Positions 1-7,645 of a DNA stretch of 64,000 nt are shown here, one piece after another. Within the stretch, counting starts at the first letter, position 1. Each line of letters starts with the position of its first letter. Source of the stretch: a virus. The notes beneath the pieces are model-generated. The model ran no database searches and had not been told where the DNA came from. It saw only the letters and a list, made by a program, of their open reading frames with translations. Location of the stretch: positions 96,001 to 160,000 of the IMG/VR virus record IMGVR_UViG_3300045988_163643; one strand, written 5' to 3'. The position numbers and the translations under genes were made by a program.

Positions 1-39
1 TCACCTCCTCATTTACATTATACATATATAATATAATAC

Positions 40-68
40 TTGACTTTTAATATTTTTATTAGTATAAT
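40..68 (+). promoter_or_regulatory. sigma-A-type promoter, copy of the recurring phage consensus
   Basis: TTGACT 40-45, 17-nt spacer, TATAAT 63-68, within motif TTGACTTTTAATA-N9-TAGTATAAT; AGGAG SD and ATG at 90 follow. Confidence 0.6.
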
Positions 69-89
69 AAATATAAAAGGAGAAAATTA

Positions 90-257
90 ATGAAAGAAAA
101 GAAAGTAAGTTGTGGATTTTGCAAATATTTCAGAGTAAAAGATTTAGGCAATGGATTTTGTGAAATCCTATGTGATAAAGATGAAGTAAATTTACCTTAT
201 AAACCTTGTGAAGTTTATGAAGAAAAAATAAAAAACAATGAACAGAATGGAGAATAA
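90..257 (+). CDS. small Cys-rich hypothetical protein (55 aa, below the ORF-track cutoff)
   Basis: ATG 90 preceded by AAAAGGAGAA; open to TAA 255-257; translation MKEKKVSCGFCKYF...CEILC...PCEVYEE has several Cys. Confidence 0.5.
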   Translation: MKEKKVSCGFCKYFRVKDLGNGFCEILCDKDEVNLPYKPCEVYEEKIKNNEQNGE

Positions 258-259
258 AC

Positions 260-502
260 ATGGATAAAAAATATGACGGAATAGATATGGAAATGTTAAA
301 TCTACCTTGTGGTAGTGTTACTATGGAATTTGAAAAAGATGGAAAAGAATATAAAGCTGAGATAATAAAAATACCTATTAAATATTTTTTAATAACAGAT
401 ATGTTAGATGGATTTATGAAAAGAATTATAGAAGATTTATATGAACAAGGTTGGGATTTTTCTAAAGAAATAGATTTTACAGAAATAGTTAATGAAGATT
501 AG
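260..502 (+). CDS. hypothetical protein (80 aa)
   Basis: ORF track; starts 3 nt after the previous stop; followed by a hairpin terminator. Confidence 0.5.
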   Translation: MDKKYDGIDMEMLNLPCGSVTMEFEKDGKEYKAEIIKIPIKYFLITDMLDGFMKRIIEDLYEQGWDFSKEIDFTEIVNED

Positions 503-525
503 AGAGGATACATCCTCTCTTTTTA
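501..525. terminator. bidirectional stem-loop terminator between convergent genes
   Basis: AGAGAGGA (501-508) / TCCTCTCT (513-520), 4-nt loop, T run 521-524. Confidence 0.6.
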
Positions 526-1482
526 TTTATAATCTCTAAATACCATAATGATACCATTATTTCTTAAGACTACATAACCTGTTTTTACAGTAAAAGAATA
601 TTCATATCTACTTCTAAATAATCTCATGTCTTTTACATCAGTTCTAAGACCTAAGTTATTCATCTTTAAAAGATAATCTTCATGTTTATGACAAGGAATA
701 CCATATAATGTATATGCCATTTGAATGAAATCTAAACTATCTTTATCTTTAGGTATTATTTTATTCTTCATATCATTTAATCTATCTAATTTATCAACTA
801 TAAATCTTATTTCATCATAGGAATAATTAAGTATACTCTTAAGAAATACATCTTTATCTCTGGGCAAACTAAAACTTAATGTTCTCCAACGAACATCTTT
901 TTTATATCTTACCTTACATTTATTTAATAAAACTTCCCAAGGTTTCATAGTTTTTTCAAATTTTTCAATAGGTTCATCTCTCATATCTAAAGTACATACA
1001 TTAGATTTATCTATATCTCCATACATTATACTTCTTAACATTAGTTCCATTTTATTTTCTGTTAATTGGCTATTGTTATTAGAAATATAAGTAAAAGTAT
1101 TTATAAATAAAAAATGAGAAAATATTGATTTTTTAAGTGGAATATCTTTAGTCATAATATCCATATATCTATTGTCATGTCTAAATATCACATCTCCATA
1201 TTCATTCATACAAGTATCTCTATATTTGCCAAAGAATATTCCTTCATCATTTATTAATATATCTAATTTTCTTTGAAAGATAACTCTATTTAATCCTTTA
1301 GATTTTCTTTTAATATAATTAAGTGGTAATAATAATTCAACATGTTTATCTTTAGGAAAATATGTTAATATCTTTTCTCCTTTTTTATAATCTTTTATAT
1401 ATTTCCATTCTTGCCCGTTAAAATATTCCATATTTTCTCCAAAGAAAGTATTTCTTGTTTCTAATCTTGGCATTAATATCAA
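523..1482 (-). CDS. hypothetical protein (319 aa)
   Basis: long minus-strand ORF filling the gap between terminator and tnpB promoter; no motif I can name confidently. Confidence 0.5.
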   Translation of the reverse strand: MILMPRLETRNTFFGENMEYFNGQEWKYIKDYKKGEKILTYFPKDKHVELLLPLNYIKRKSKGLNRVIFQRKLDILINDEGIFFGKYRDTCMNEYGDVIFRHDNRYMDIMTKDIPLKKSIFSHFLFINTFTYISNNNSQLTENKMELMLRSIMYGDIDKSNVCTLDMRDEPIEKFEKTMKPWEVLLNKCKVRYKKDVRWRTLSFSLPRDKDVFLKSILNYSYDEIRFIVDKLDRLNDMKNKIIPKDKDSLDFIQMAYTLYGIPCHKHEDYLLKMNNLGLRTDVKDMRLFRSRYEYSFTVKTGYVVLRNNGIIMVFRDYK

Positions 1483-1551
1483 TCCTTTCTATTTTATTTA
1501 CATATATTTAATAAGACAATAAAATTTTATACGATTTTTCAAGTAATTTAT

Positions 1552-1580
1552 TTTACTTTTAATAAAATTCTAAGTATAAT
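1552..1580 (+). promoter_or_regulatory. phage-consensus promoter directly upstream of tnpB
   Basis: TTTACT 1552-1557, 17-nt spacer, TATAAT 1575-1580; same TTTACTTTTAATA...AGTATAAT context as the other copies. Confidence 0.55.
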
Positions 1581-1618
1581 ATATATAAAATAAATAAAAT
1601 AAAGGGGGTGATGAATGA

Positions 1619-2725
1619 ATGTTAAAAGCATATAAATTTAGATTATATCCAAATAAAGAACAAGAAGAACTAATTCAAAAAACTTTTGGTTGTTGTAGAT
1701 TTGTCTATAATCAAACATTATCTTATAGAAAAGAAATATATGAAACACAAAAAAAATCTATGAATAAAACTTCTTGTAACGATTATTGCAATCAAGTTCT
1801 TAAAAAGGAATATAAATGGTTAAAAGAAGTTGATAAATTTGCTCTTACAAATGCAATTTATAATATGAATTCTGCATATCAAAGATTTTTCAAAGGATAT
1901 TCTAATTATCCAAAATTCAAAAGTAAACGAAATAATAAAAAATCATATTCTACTAATTTTACTAATAACAATATTGAAATATCCTTTGAGAGCAATAAAA
2001 TCAAACTTCCAAAACTTAAATGGGTTAAAACTAAAATTCATCGTGAGTTTGTAGGTAAAATTAAATCAGCAACTGTTTCACAAGTTTCTAGTGGTAAATA
2101 TTATATATCTATATTAGTAGAGCAAGAAATAAAAGAATTACCTAAAAATGAATTTACAGTTGGTATAGATTTAGGATTGACTGATTTTGCTATAACTAGC
2201 GATGGAGTTAAGTATAGTAATCCTAGATATTTACGAAAATCATTAAATAAATTAGCTAAAGAACAAAGAAAATTATCTAGGAAGAAAAAAGGTAGTAAAA
2301 ATAGAAATAAACAAAGAATAAAAGTTGCTAGGGTGCATGAGAAAATAACTAATCAAAGAAAAGATTTCTTACATAAATTATCTTCTGAACTTATAAACGA
2401 AAACCAAGTAATATGTTTAGAAGATTTACAAGTAAAAGAGATACAACAAAATAAATATTTATCTCAATCTGTATCAGATGTTGGTTGGTATGAATTTAGA
2501 AGACAATTAGAGTATAAAGCTAAATGGTATGGTAGAACAATATCTTTTGTTGATAAATGGTATCCTTCTAGTCAAATATGTAGTAATTGTGGAAATAATA
2601 CTGGTAAAAAAACATTAGATATAAGAGAATTTGATTGTCCATATTGCGGAAGACATCATGATAGAGATATAAATGCAAGTATTAATATATTAAATGAAGG
2701 ATTGAGAATATTAAATAATAAATAA
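1619..2725 (+). CDS. tnpB: IS200/IS605-family TnpB (OrfB) RNA-guided nuclease-like protein, no adjacent tnpA
   Basis: N-terminal MLKAYKFRLYPNKEQ typical of OrfB; GIDLGL and LEDL RuvC-like motifs; C-terminal zinc ribbon CSNCGN...CPYCG followed by HDRDINASINI. Confidence 0.85.
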   Translation: MLKAYKFRLYPNKEQEELIQKTFGCCRFVYNQTLSYRKEIYETQKKSMNKTSCNDYCNQVLKKEYKWLKEVDKFALTNAIYNMNSAYQRFFKGYSNYPKFKSKRNNKKSYSTNFTNNNIEISFESNKIKLPKLKWVKTKIHREFVGKIKSATVSQVSSGKYYISILVEQEIKELPKNEFTVGIDLGLTDFAITSDGVKYSNPRYLRKSLNKLAKEQRKLSRKKKGSKNRNKQRIKVARVHEKITNQRKDFLHKLSSELINENQVICLEDLQVKEIQQNKYLSQSVSDVGWYEFRRQLEYKAKWYGRTISFVDKWYPSSQICSNCGNNTGKKTLDIREFDCPYCGRHHDRDINASINILNEGLRILNNK

Positions 2726-2845
2726 AACAATTAGAGGTTGGAACAACCTTATAAGCCTAGTAAATTAGTTGCAATAGTAACCTTACCTAGGAAGCACATA
2801 GCTTTAGCCTATGTGTAGTTCACGACCAACTTAAAGAAATAAGAA
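2640..2845 (+). ncRNA. putative omega-RNA / IS right-end scaffold (boundaries approximate)
   Basis: overlaps and follows the tnpB 3' end; hairpins AGGTTG/CAACCT (2735-2749), CCTAG/CTAGG (2756-2791), CACATAG/CTATGTG (2795-2815), then GTAGTTCAC and a candidate guide GACCAACTTAAAG. Confidence 0.4.
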
Positions 2846-3023
2846 GAAAACAAAGGTAATAGTTAAAAATAAAGTATTTGCTAAAGCATTTGCTGATGGA
2901 ATAGAGGATGCAGGGTTATATCCATTCAAGGTAAATTTATTGTAATTAGATTAGATAAAATGATTGATAAAATTAATAACCTGCATACGAAAAATGGGGG
3001 TAAAAAGTAAGGAGGATAACACA

Positions 3024-3485
3024 ATGAGTTTTTTCAAAGAAAAAAAAGATAGAAAAAATGAAGAAAAAAGAATGAAAGAATATATTAGGGAATATATAAA
3101 AGTATGTGATACAATATGTTATGAAGATATTTATATGAAAGAAATTATTATACAATATGATGAATTAATACCTGATATGTTTATTAGTATACCTGTTGAT
3201 AGTAAAACAATAGATAAAGTTTTATATGATATATACAATAGGAGATTACATAAAGTTTTATTAAAGTTCCCAAATGGACTTGAAGAAAAATGCAAGGTTG
3301 ATGGAAAAATAGAGAAACGTATTGTTGATGAATTAAATGAAATAACATGGGAAGAACCTTTAGTGAAATTAAAACATTATAAAATAGATATATCATTATT
3401 TGATTTAATAGCTCAAGATGTTAAAGTATATATATTAGATTATGATTTGGAGGGAATAGATATAGATGAAGACACAAGAAGATAG
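3024..3485 (+). CDS. hypothetical protein
   Basis: ORF 2964..3485; ATG 3024 preferred because GTAAGGAGGA lies 7 nt upstream. Confidence 0.5.
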   Translation: MSFFKEKKDRKNEEKRMKEYIREYIKVCDTICYEDIYMKEIIIQYDELIPDMFISIPVDSKTIDKVLYDIYNRRLHKVLLKFPNGLEEKCKVDGKIEKRIVDELNEITWEEPLVKLKHYKIDISLFDLIAQDVKVYILDYDLEGIDIDEDTRR

Positions 3486-3975
3486 AAGTATATGTTCAAC
3501 TTGTAAACATTTAAAAGGAATATTTACTTATACCGAAGAAGGTATTAAACCTAGTTATATATGTATGGCTAATGATGACTGTTGGATAACAATAACAGAA
3601 TTATGTACTAATAAAGATTTTGCTGAATGTGAAGATTATGAAAGTTTTGATAGATTACTAACAGAAGATGTGTCAATATGTGCAATTAAATATGATTATA
3701 ATGGTGAGATTAACTCAACTGATTGTACTAATTGTGCATATTTTTTAACTACACCAATTCAATTTCCTTGTGGACATTGTATGATAAAACCTGACTTAAA
3801 TATTGGTAGCTTTAGATTTTGTGAACACTTTACAACAGAAAGACCAAAAATGCAATTACGAATTGAAGCAAATGATATGGATTTACAAAAACTTTATATA
3901 CAAAGAAATCAATTAATATTAAAGAAAATAACTGAAAATAAAAGAAAGGATAATGAAGATGATGGAAGTAACTAA
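3466..3975 (+). CDS. Cys-rich hypothetical protein (169 aa)
   Basis: ORF track; many CxxC-like pairs; overlaps neighbours by about 20 nt as in coupled phage genes. Confidence 0.5.
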   Translation: MKTQEDRSICSTCKHLKGIFTYTEEGIKPSYICMANDDCWITITELCTNKDFAECEDYESFDRLLTEDVSICAIKYDYNGEINSTDCTNCAYFLTTPIQFPCGHCMIKPDLNIGSFRFCEHFTTERPKMQLRIEANDMDLQKLYIQRNQLILKKITENKRKDNEDDGSN

Positions 3976-4438
3976 TGTAGATAAATATTATTCATTGTTA
4001 GGCATAAGACCTTCAATGATAAGCGATTCAATATTTGGAAATGTATATGTATTAGCAAATTTAGATAAGTCAAATTATCCTAAAGTATTCATAGGATATT
4101 CAACTAAAAAAGAAAAATTTTATTTATTTAACTGTATATATCTTGAAGAGGCTATTTATCCTTTTGGGAAATTAGTAGAATATATAGTAGTTGATTTAAC
4201 ATCAGAAGATTTATTTGAGATAAAAAATGAAGGAATGAAAATGGAAGAATTATATAATAATAAAACAATATTTTCATATGTAATAGATGATACAGATGGC
4301 GATTTAGAACAAGTGCAAATAAGTTATTTGTCTAAAGAAGAAGATATATCAAATGTAGATTTTTATGATACTTTAGAAATGGAACTTAAATTAACAAGTG
4401 AACAATTTAATGAAATTATCTTATTATATACTCTTTAG
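3953..4438 (+). CDS. hypothetical protein (161 aa)
   Basis: ORF track; followed by a terminator. Confidence 0.5.
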   Translation: MKMMEVTNVDKYYSLLGIRPSMISDSIFGNVYVLANLDKSNYPKVFIGYSTKKEKFYLFNCIYLEEAIYPFGKLVEYIVVDLTSEDLFEIKNEGMKMEELYNNKTIFSYVIDDTDGDLEQVQISYLSKEEDISNVDFYDTLEMELKLTSEQFNEIILLYTL

Positions 4439-4449
4439 AAAATAAAAAA

Positions 4450-4477
4450 AAGAAGAGATTAATCCTCTTCTTTTTTA
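4450..4477 (+). terminator. rho-independent terminator
   Basis: AAGAAGAG / CTCTTCTT stem, 7-nt loop, T run. Confidence 0.6.
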
Positions 4478-4647
4478 TCTAAACATTCTCCAAAAACTAA
4501 TAAAGGATAAATAAAAATCATAACAACATTACTAAGTAAATCTAATAAATTTAGATATATATTATGTATGTTTTTTATAATATCTTTTAATAAATTTAAA
4601 ATAATTTCAAAATGAAAATTTTTAATATAATTTTTTATAAACTTCAT
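4459..4647 (-). CDS. small hydrophobic protein (62 aa)
   Basis: minus-strand ORF with AAAGGAG 8 nt upstream of its ATG; hydrophobic C-terminal half. Confidence 0.35.
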   Translation of the reverse strand: MKFIKNYIKNFHFEIILNLLKDIIKNIHNIYLNLLDLLSNVVMIFIYPLLVFGECLDKKEED

Positions 4648-4743
4648 TTTATCAACTCCTTTGGATTTTATATAAATTATACTAGAAATTTTATTAGAAG
4701 TAAATAAAAATAAATTAAAAAAAATAAAGAAAGGTGAAATAAT

Positions 4744-4950
4744 ATGAGAAAATTTTTAGAAAAAATAGGAAAGAAATTATGTAAGGATTATTTACAGACT
4801 GTGAATGCAGAATCAGAAAACTTAAAAATGATGTTAGAAAAAACTAATAAAGATTTTGAGATGTTACATAAAGAAATAGAAGAATTAAGATGTGAATTAA
4901 ACGTAGAAGAACCTAAAGAAATAATTGAAAAATTAGATAAAGAAGAATAA
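4744..4950 (+). CDS. small coiled-coil hypothetical protein (68 aa)
   Basis: ORF track; GAAAGGTGA SD upstream. Confidence 0.45.
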   Translation: MRKFLEKIGKKLCKDYLQTVNAESENLKMMLEKTNKDFEMLHKEIEELRCELNVEEPKEIIEKLDKEE

Positions 4951-4961
4951 TAATAATTAAA

Positions 4962-4988
4962 ATAGCCTACTATTAAGTAGGCTATTTT
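4962..4988. terminator. bidirectional terminator between convergent units
   Basis: ATAGCCTAC / GTAGGCTAT stem, 6-nt loop, flanked by A and T runs. Confidence 0.65.
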
Positions 4989-5004
4989 AATTTATCTTTA
5001 AAAC

Positions 5005-5139
5005 TTATACTAAGGGGTCTCCATATCCATCATACCCATCTTGTTCTAATATCTTAAGAGTTTCATCTTTAAACATTTTAGGTACTTGTTCTATTGTTCT
5101 ACGTTTCTTTATAATTAAATTAGCATATATTCTTGCCAT
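5005..5139 (-). CDS. small protein (44 aa), XkdX-like by position and size
   Basis: not in the ORF track; ATG overlaps the TAA of the upstream gene (TAATG); translation MARIYANLIIKKRRTIEQVPKMFKDETLKILEQDGYDGYGDPLV. Confidence 0.4.
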   Translation of the reverse strand: MARIYANLIIKKRRTIEQVPKMFKDETLKILEQDGYDGYGDPLV

Positions 5140-5504
5140 TATTTAACGCCTCCTTCTTGCAAAGCTATTATCATATCAGTTAGTTGTGCCATTGCTTCCT
5201 CGTGTTCTGTGTCAACTTGTTTTAGTTGAGCTATTTTATCATCTATAGTTAATTCTTGTTCTACTAAATCCATTTGTTTTACTGCGTACACAATTGTTAT
5301 TACTGTGTCCTGTTCTGTATATCCAGTTATAATAAGATATTCAGTTTCTGTGTTGTATGTAGGTTGTTGGTCTACAACCTCTTTAAATCCATATCTAGTC
5401 ATTAGTGCAATAGACTTATTAAATCCCACTATTGTTCTTCCATCATTTAATTTATAATTTTGTGGAGCGTATTCTAATACCCCATTATTTAATTTTGCAT
5501 ACAT
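5139..5504 (-). CDS. hypothetical protein of the fibre cassette (121 aa)
   Basis: ORF track; lies directly downstream of the fibre genes. Confidence 0.5.
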   Translation of the reverse strand: MYAKLNNGVLEYAPQNYKLNDGRTIVGFNKSIALMTRYGFKEVVDQQPTYNTETEYLIITGYTEQDTVITIVYAVKQMDLVEQELTIDDKIAQLKQVDTEHEEAMAQLTDMIIALQEGGVK

Positions 5505-5525
5505 TTATTTATCACTCCTATTAAT

Positions 5526-6221
5526 TTATATTTTATATCTTAATTTGTCATTATTGTAATTTTGTAATAACTCATTTTGTGTTAACTTCCCTTGATATAA
5601 TCGAATTGCTTTTATATTACCCTGATAAAAATTAGAGTTCGACCCATTTCTACCTATATATGAACCTTTTGTATTATCAAAATAGTCTATAGTTTGGCTG
5701 TTTTTAGGTATGGACTCCATATTTATGTATAAACTATTATTATATTTATGCGTTTCGTCATAAACTTCAGCTGTTATGATTCTATTATGTCCCTGGAACG
5801 GACTTATTTCAAAACCGTTATCGTTATAGGATGATATAAAAGCCTTAAAAGTATAATACCCAAAACTAGCACAACTAATGAAAATTGGTTTAACCATTGT
5901 ATTACCTTCATTTGTTACATCAGCTATTATTTGTAAGGTCATACATTCTTTGTTAGTAATACAACTACTAAATTTATCTAAATCTATTAGAGTTAGACAT
6001 CCACCCTGTTTAATGTGTACATTACCAGCAGTAAATATAATATTATCATTATCAACAGAAAAATCGTTATTATTACCGGAAATATCTTCCCATATTTTTG
6101 TATTTGCATTAAACCCATTTCTCGTATTATATAAACTGTCCAAATTTAAGATTAAATTTTCTTGTACATATCCCAAAGAATTATTCATTAATAATTTTTT
6201 ACTCATACTGTATAACACCAC
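5526..6221 (-). CDS. LamG/concanavalin-like domain protein, putative fibre tip or receptor-binding component
   Basis: C-terminal GNIKAIRLYQGKLTQNELLQNYN resembles the Laminin_G_3 signature; overlaps the upstream fibre gene. Confidence 0.5.
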   Translation of the reverse strand: MVLYSMSKKLLMNNSLGYVQENLILNLDSLYNTRNGFNANTKIWEDISGNNNDFSVDNDNIIFTAGNVHIKQGGCLTLIDLDKFSSCITNKECMTLQIIADVTNEGNTMVKPIFISCASFGYYTFKAFISSYNDNGFEISPFQGHNRIITAEVYDETHKYNNSLYINMESIPKNSQTIDYFDNTKGSYIGRNGSNSNFYQGNIKAIRLYQGKLTQNELLQNYNNDKLRYKI

Positions 6222-7476
6222 CCAACCATTCTGTTACATATGTGAAAATAAATTCATATGTTTTATTAGCTAATATAGTTGGTGTATTCCCATTTTGCCA
6301 TTTGCAAGCTGGTAGTGTTAATATTAAATCTGTTGTTGTACTAAAAAATAAATGAATTTCTGTAAAATAAGTAACTGTTGGTAATGTAATTTCAGTACCA
6401 TCTACAATAGTAGTAGTTTGATATTTATCTTTTGTTAATGTTAAAGTAGTACCTACTATATTAGTAGTTAATAGAGTATCTTTAACTTTATCATCTACAT
6501 ATTTTTTAGTAGTTAAATCTTTATCTTCAGTAGGTGTACCTTCTTGAGATAATTTACCTGCAAACCAAGCATTACCATTCCAATCCAAAGTATGTGCATT
6601 AGACCTTTTATTATATTCCCCATTACCTACTATGTGAGCATATTTATTAGCAGTATCTTCTATATTATATTTACCTTGCACATGTTGATTTTCAGAAGAA
6701 GCTTTAGTATTATAACCTTCTGCATGTGAAGTTTCACCTGAAGCTGTTGTACCACCACCTTCTGCATGTGAACCGTCACCTGAAGCTGTTGTATAATCAC
6801 CTTCTGCATGTGAAGATTCACCTGAAGCTACTGACTGACTACCTTCAGCGTGTGAACCGTCACCTGAAGCTGTTGTGCTAGCACCTTCCGCATGTGAATC
6901 ATTACCTGAAGCTGTTGTGCCTCCACCTTCCGCATGTGAATACCCACCTGAAGCTGTTGTACCACCACCTTCTGCATGTGAACAATCACCTGAAGCTATT
7001 ACACTACTACCTATAGCACTACTTCCTGCACCTATATCTCCTGCTCTTCCTAAACTTATACTATTTTGCAATACTAAATCAGTTTCTAAATACTTATTAT
7101 CTAAATATTTAACTTCTTCTTCATAAATAACTAAATCAGTAAAAGTATCTGTAGTATCAGTTGTATTTATTTTATCGATAACTAATATCATATTAGTTGA
7201 ATCATTATATGCTTGTATAATATAATTACCTATACCGCATGCAATACCATTGCCCAGTCCTTCACTTATTAATAAACTACATAATTTCTTACTACCTAAA
7301 AATTCTATATAATATCTTCTATCTTTATTAATAGAAGCATTATTTACAGTAATTTCATCATCTATTACTACATTACTAGCAGGTATAGTAGCTAATACTT
7401 TACTAGAAATAGTTTTTATTTCACTATTATTATTATTATTTCCATTGGTTTTATTATCTTCTCTAATAAACCCCAT
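6199..7476 (-). CDS. tail fibre protein with Hep/Hag (YadA-head)-like SHAEG repeats
   Basis: ORF 6199..7494; third ATG (7476) preferred because AAGGAG lies 9 nt upstream; about eight 14-aa repeats SHAEGxxTxASGxx. Confidence 0.65.
   Translation of the reverse strand: MGFIREDNKTNGNNNNNSEIKTISSKVLATIPASNVVIDDEITVNNASINKDRRYYIEFLGSKKLCSLLISEGLGNGIACGIGNYIIQAYNDSTNMILVIDKINTTDTTDTFTDLVIYEEEVKYLDNKYLETDLVLQNSISLGRAGDIGAGSSAIGSSVIASGDCSHAEGGGTTASGGYSHAEGGGTTASGNDSHAEGASTTASGDGSHAEGSQSVASGESSHAEGDYTTASGDGSHAEGGGTTASGETSHAEGYNTKASSENQHVQGKYNIEDTANKYAHIVGNGEYNKRSNAHTLDWNGNAWFAGKLSQEGTPTEDKDLTTKKYVDDKVKDTLLTTNIVGTTLTLTKDKYQTTTIVDGTEITLPTVTYFTEIHLFFSTTTDLILTLPACKWQNGNTPTILANKTYEFIFTYVTEWLGGVIQYE
6700..7000 (-). 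repeat. tandem 42-nt coding repeats (about 8 copies) in the fibre gene
   Basis: recurring CTGCATGTGA...CACCTGAAGCTGTTGT on the plus strand. Confidence 0.7.
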
Positions 7477-7586
7477 TAAATTCATCTCCTTCAAAGATAT
7501 TTTACATATCTTAATTTTTTTATAATCTACATTACGATTATAAGACCAACCTATTATATTAAATTATGATTTATCATACATTTTAT

Positions 7587-7615
7587 TTGACTTTTAATAA
7601 TCGCCTTAGTATAAT
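7587..7615 (+). promoter_or_regulatory. phage-consensus promoter
   Basis: TTGACT 7587-7592, 17-nt spacer, TATAAT 7610-7615. Confidence 0.6.
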
Positions 7616-7645
7616 TTATATAAAATATAATTTGGTGGTGATGGA

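Noticed and set aside
523-1482. Weak resemblance of the 319-aa minus-strand protein to a Hint/intein-like fold interrupted by a LAGLIDADG-type endonuclease
   Set aside because: It rests only on loose by-eye patterns (GEKILTY..., ...NNGIIMVF). No clear block A/B/F/G or LAGLIDADG motifs are present, so the protein is left as hypothetical pending HHpred.
1483-2845. Possible IStron (group I intron fused to an IS605-type element, as in Clostridioides difficile)
   Set aside because: None of the group I core blocks seen in the ten introns occurs next to tnpB. The element lies in an intergenic region, so no splicing is needed.
2858-2937. Short open frame downstream of the omega-RNA region (KVFAKAFADGIEDAGLYPFKVNLL) that could be the 3' remnant of a gene disrupted by the tnpB element
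   Set aside because: It has no start codon or SD, and no matching 5' gene fragment lies upstream of tnpB (that space is occupied by a minus-strand gene). It cannot be supported without a homology search.
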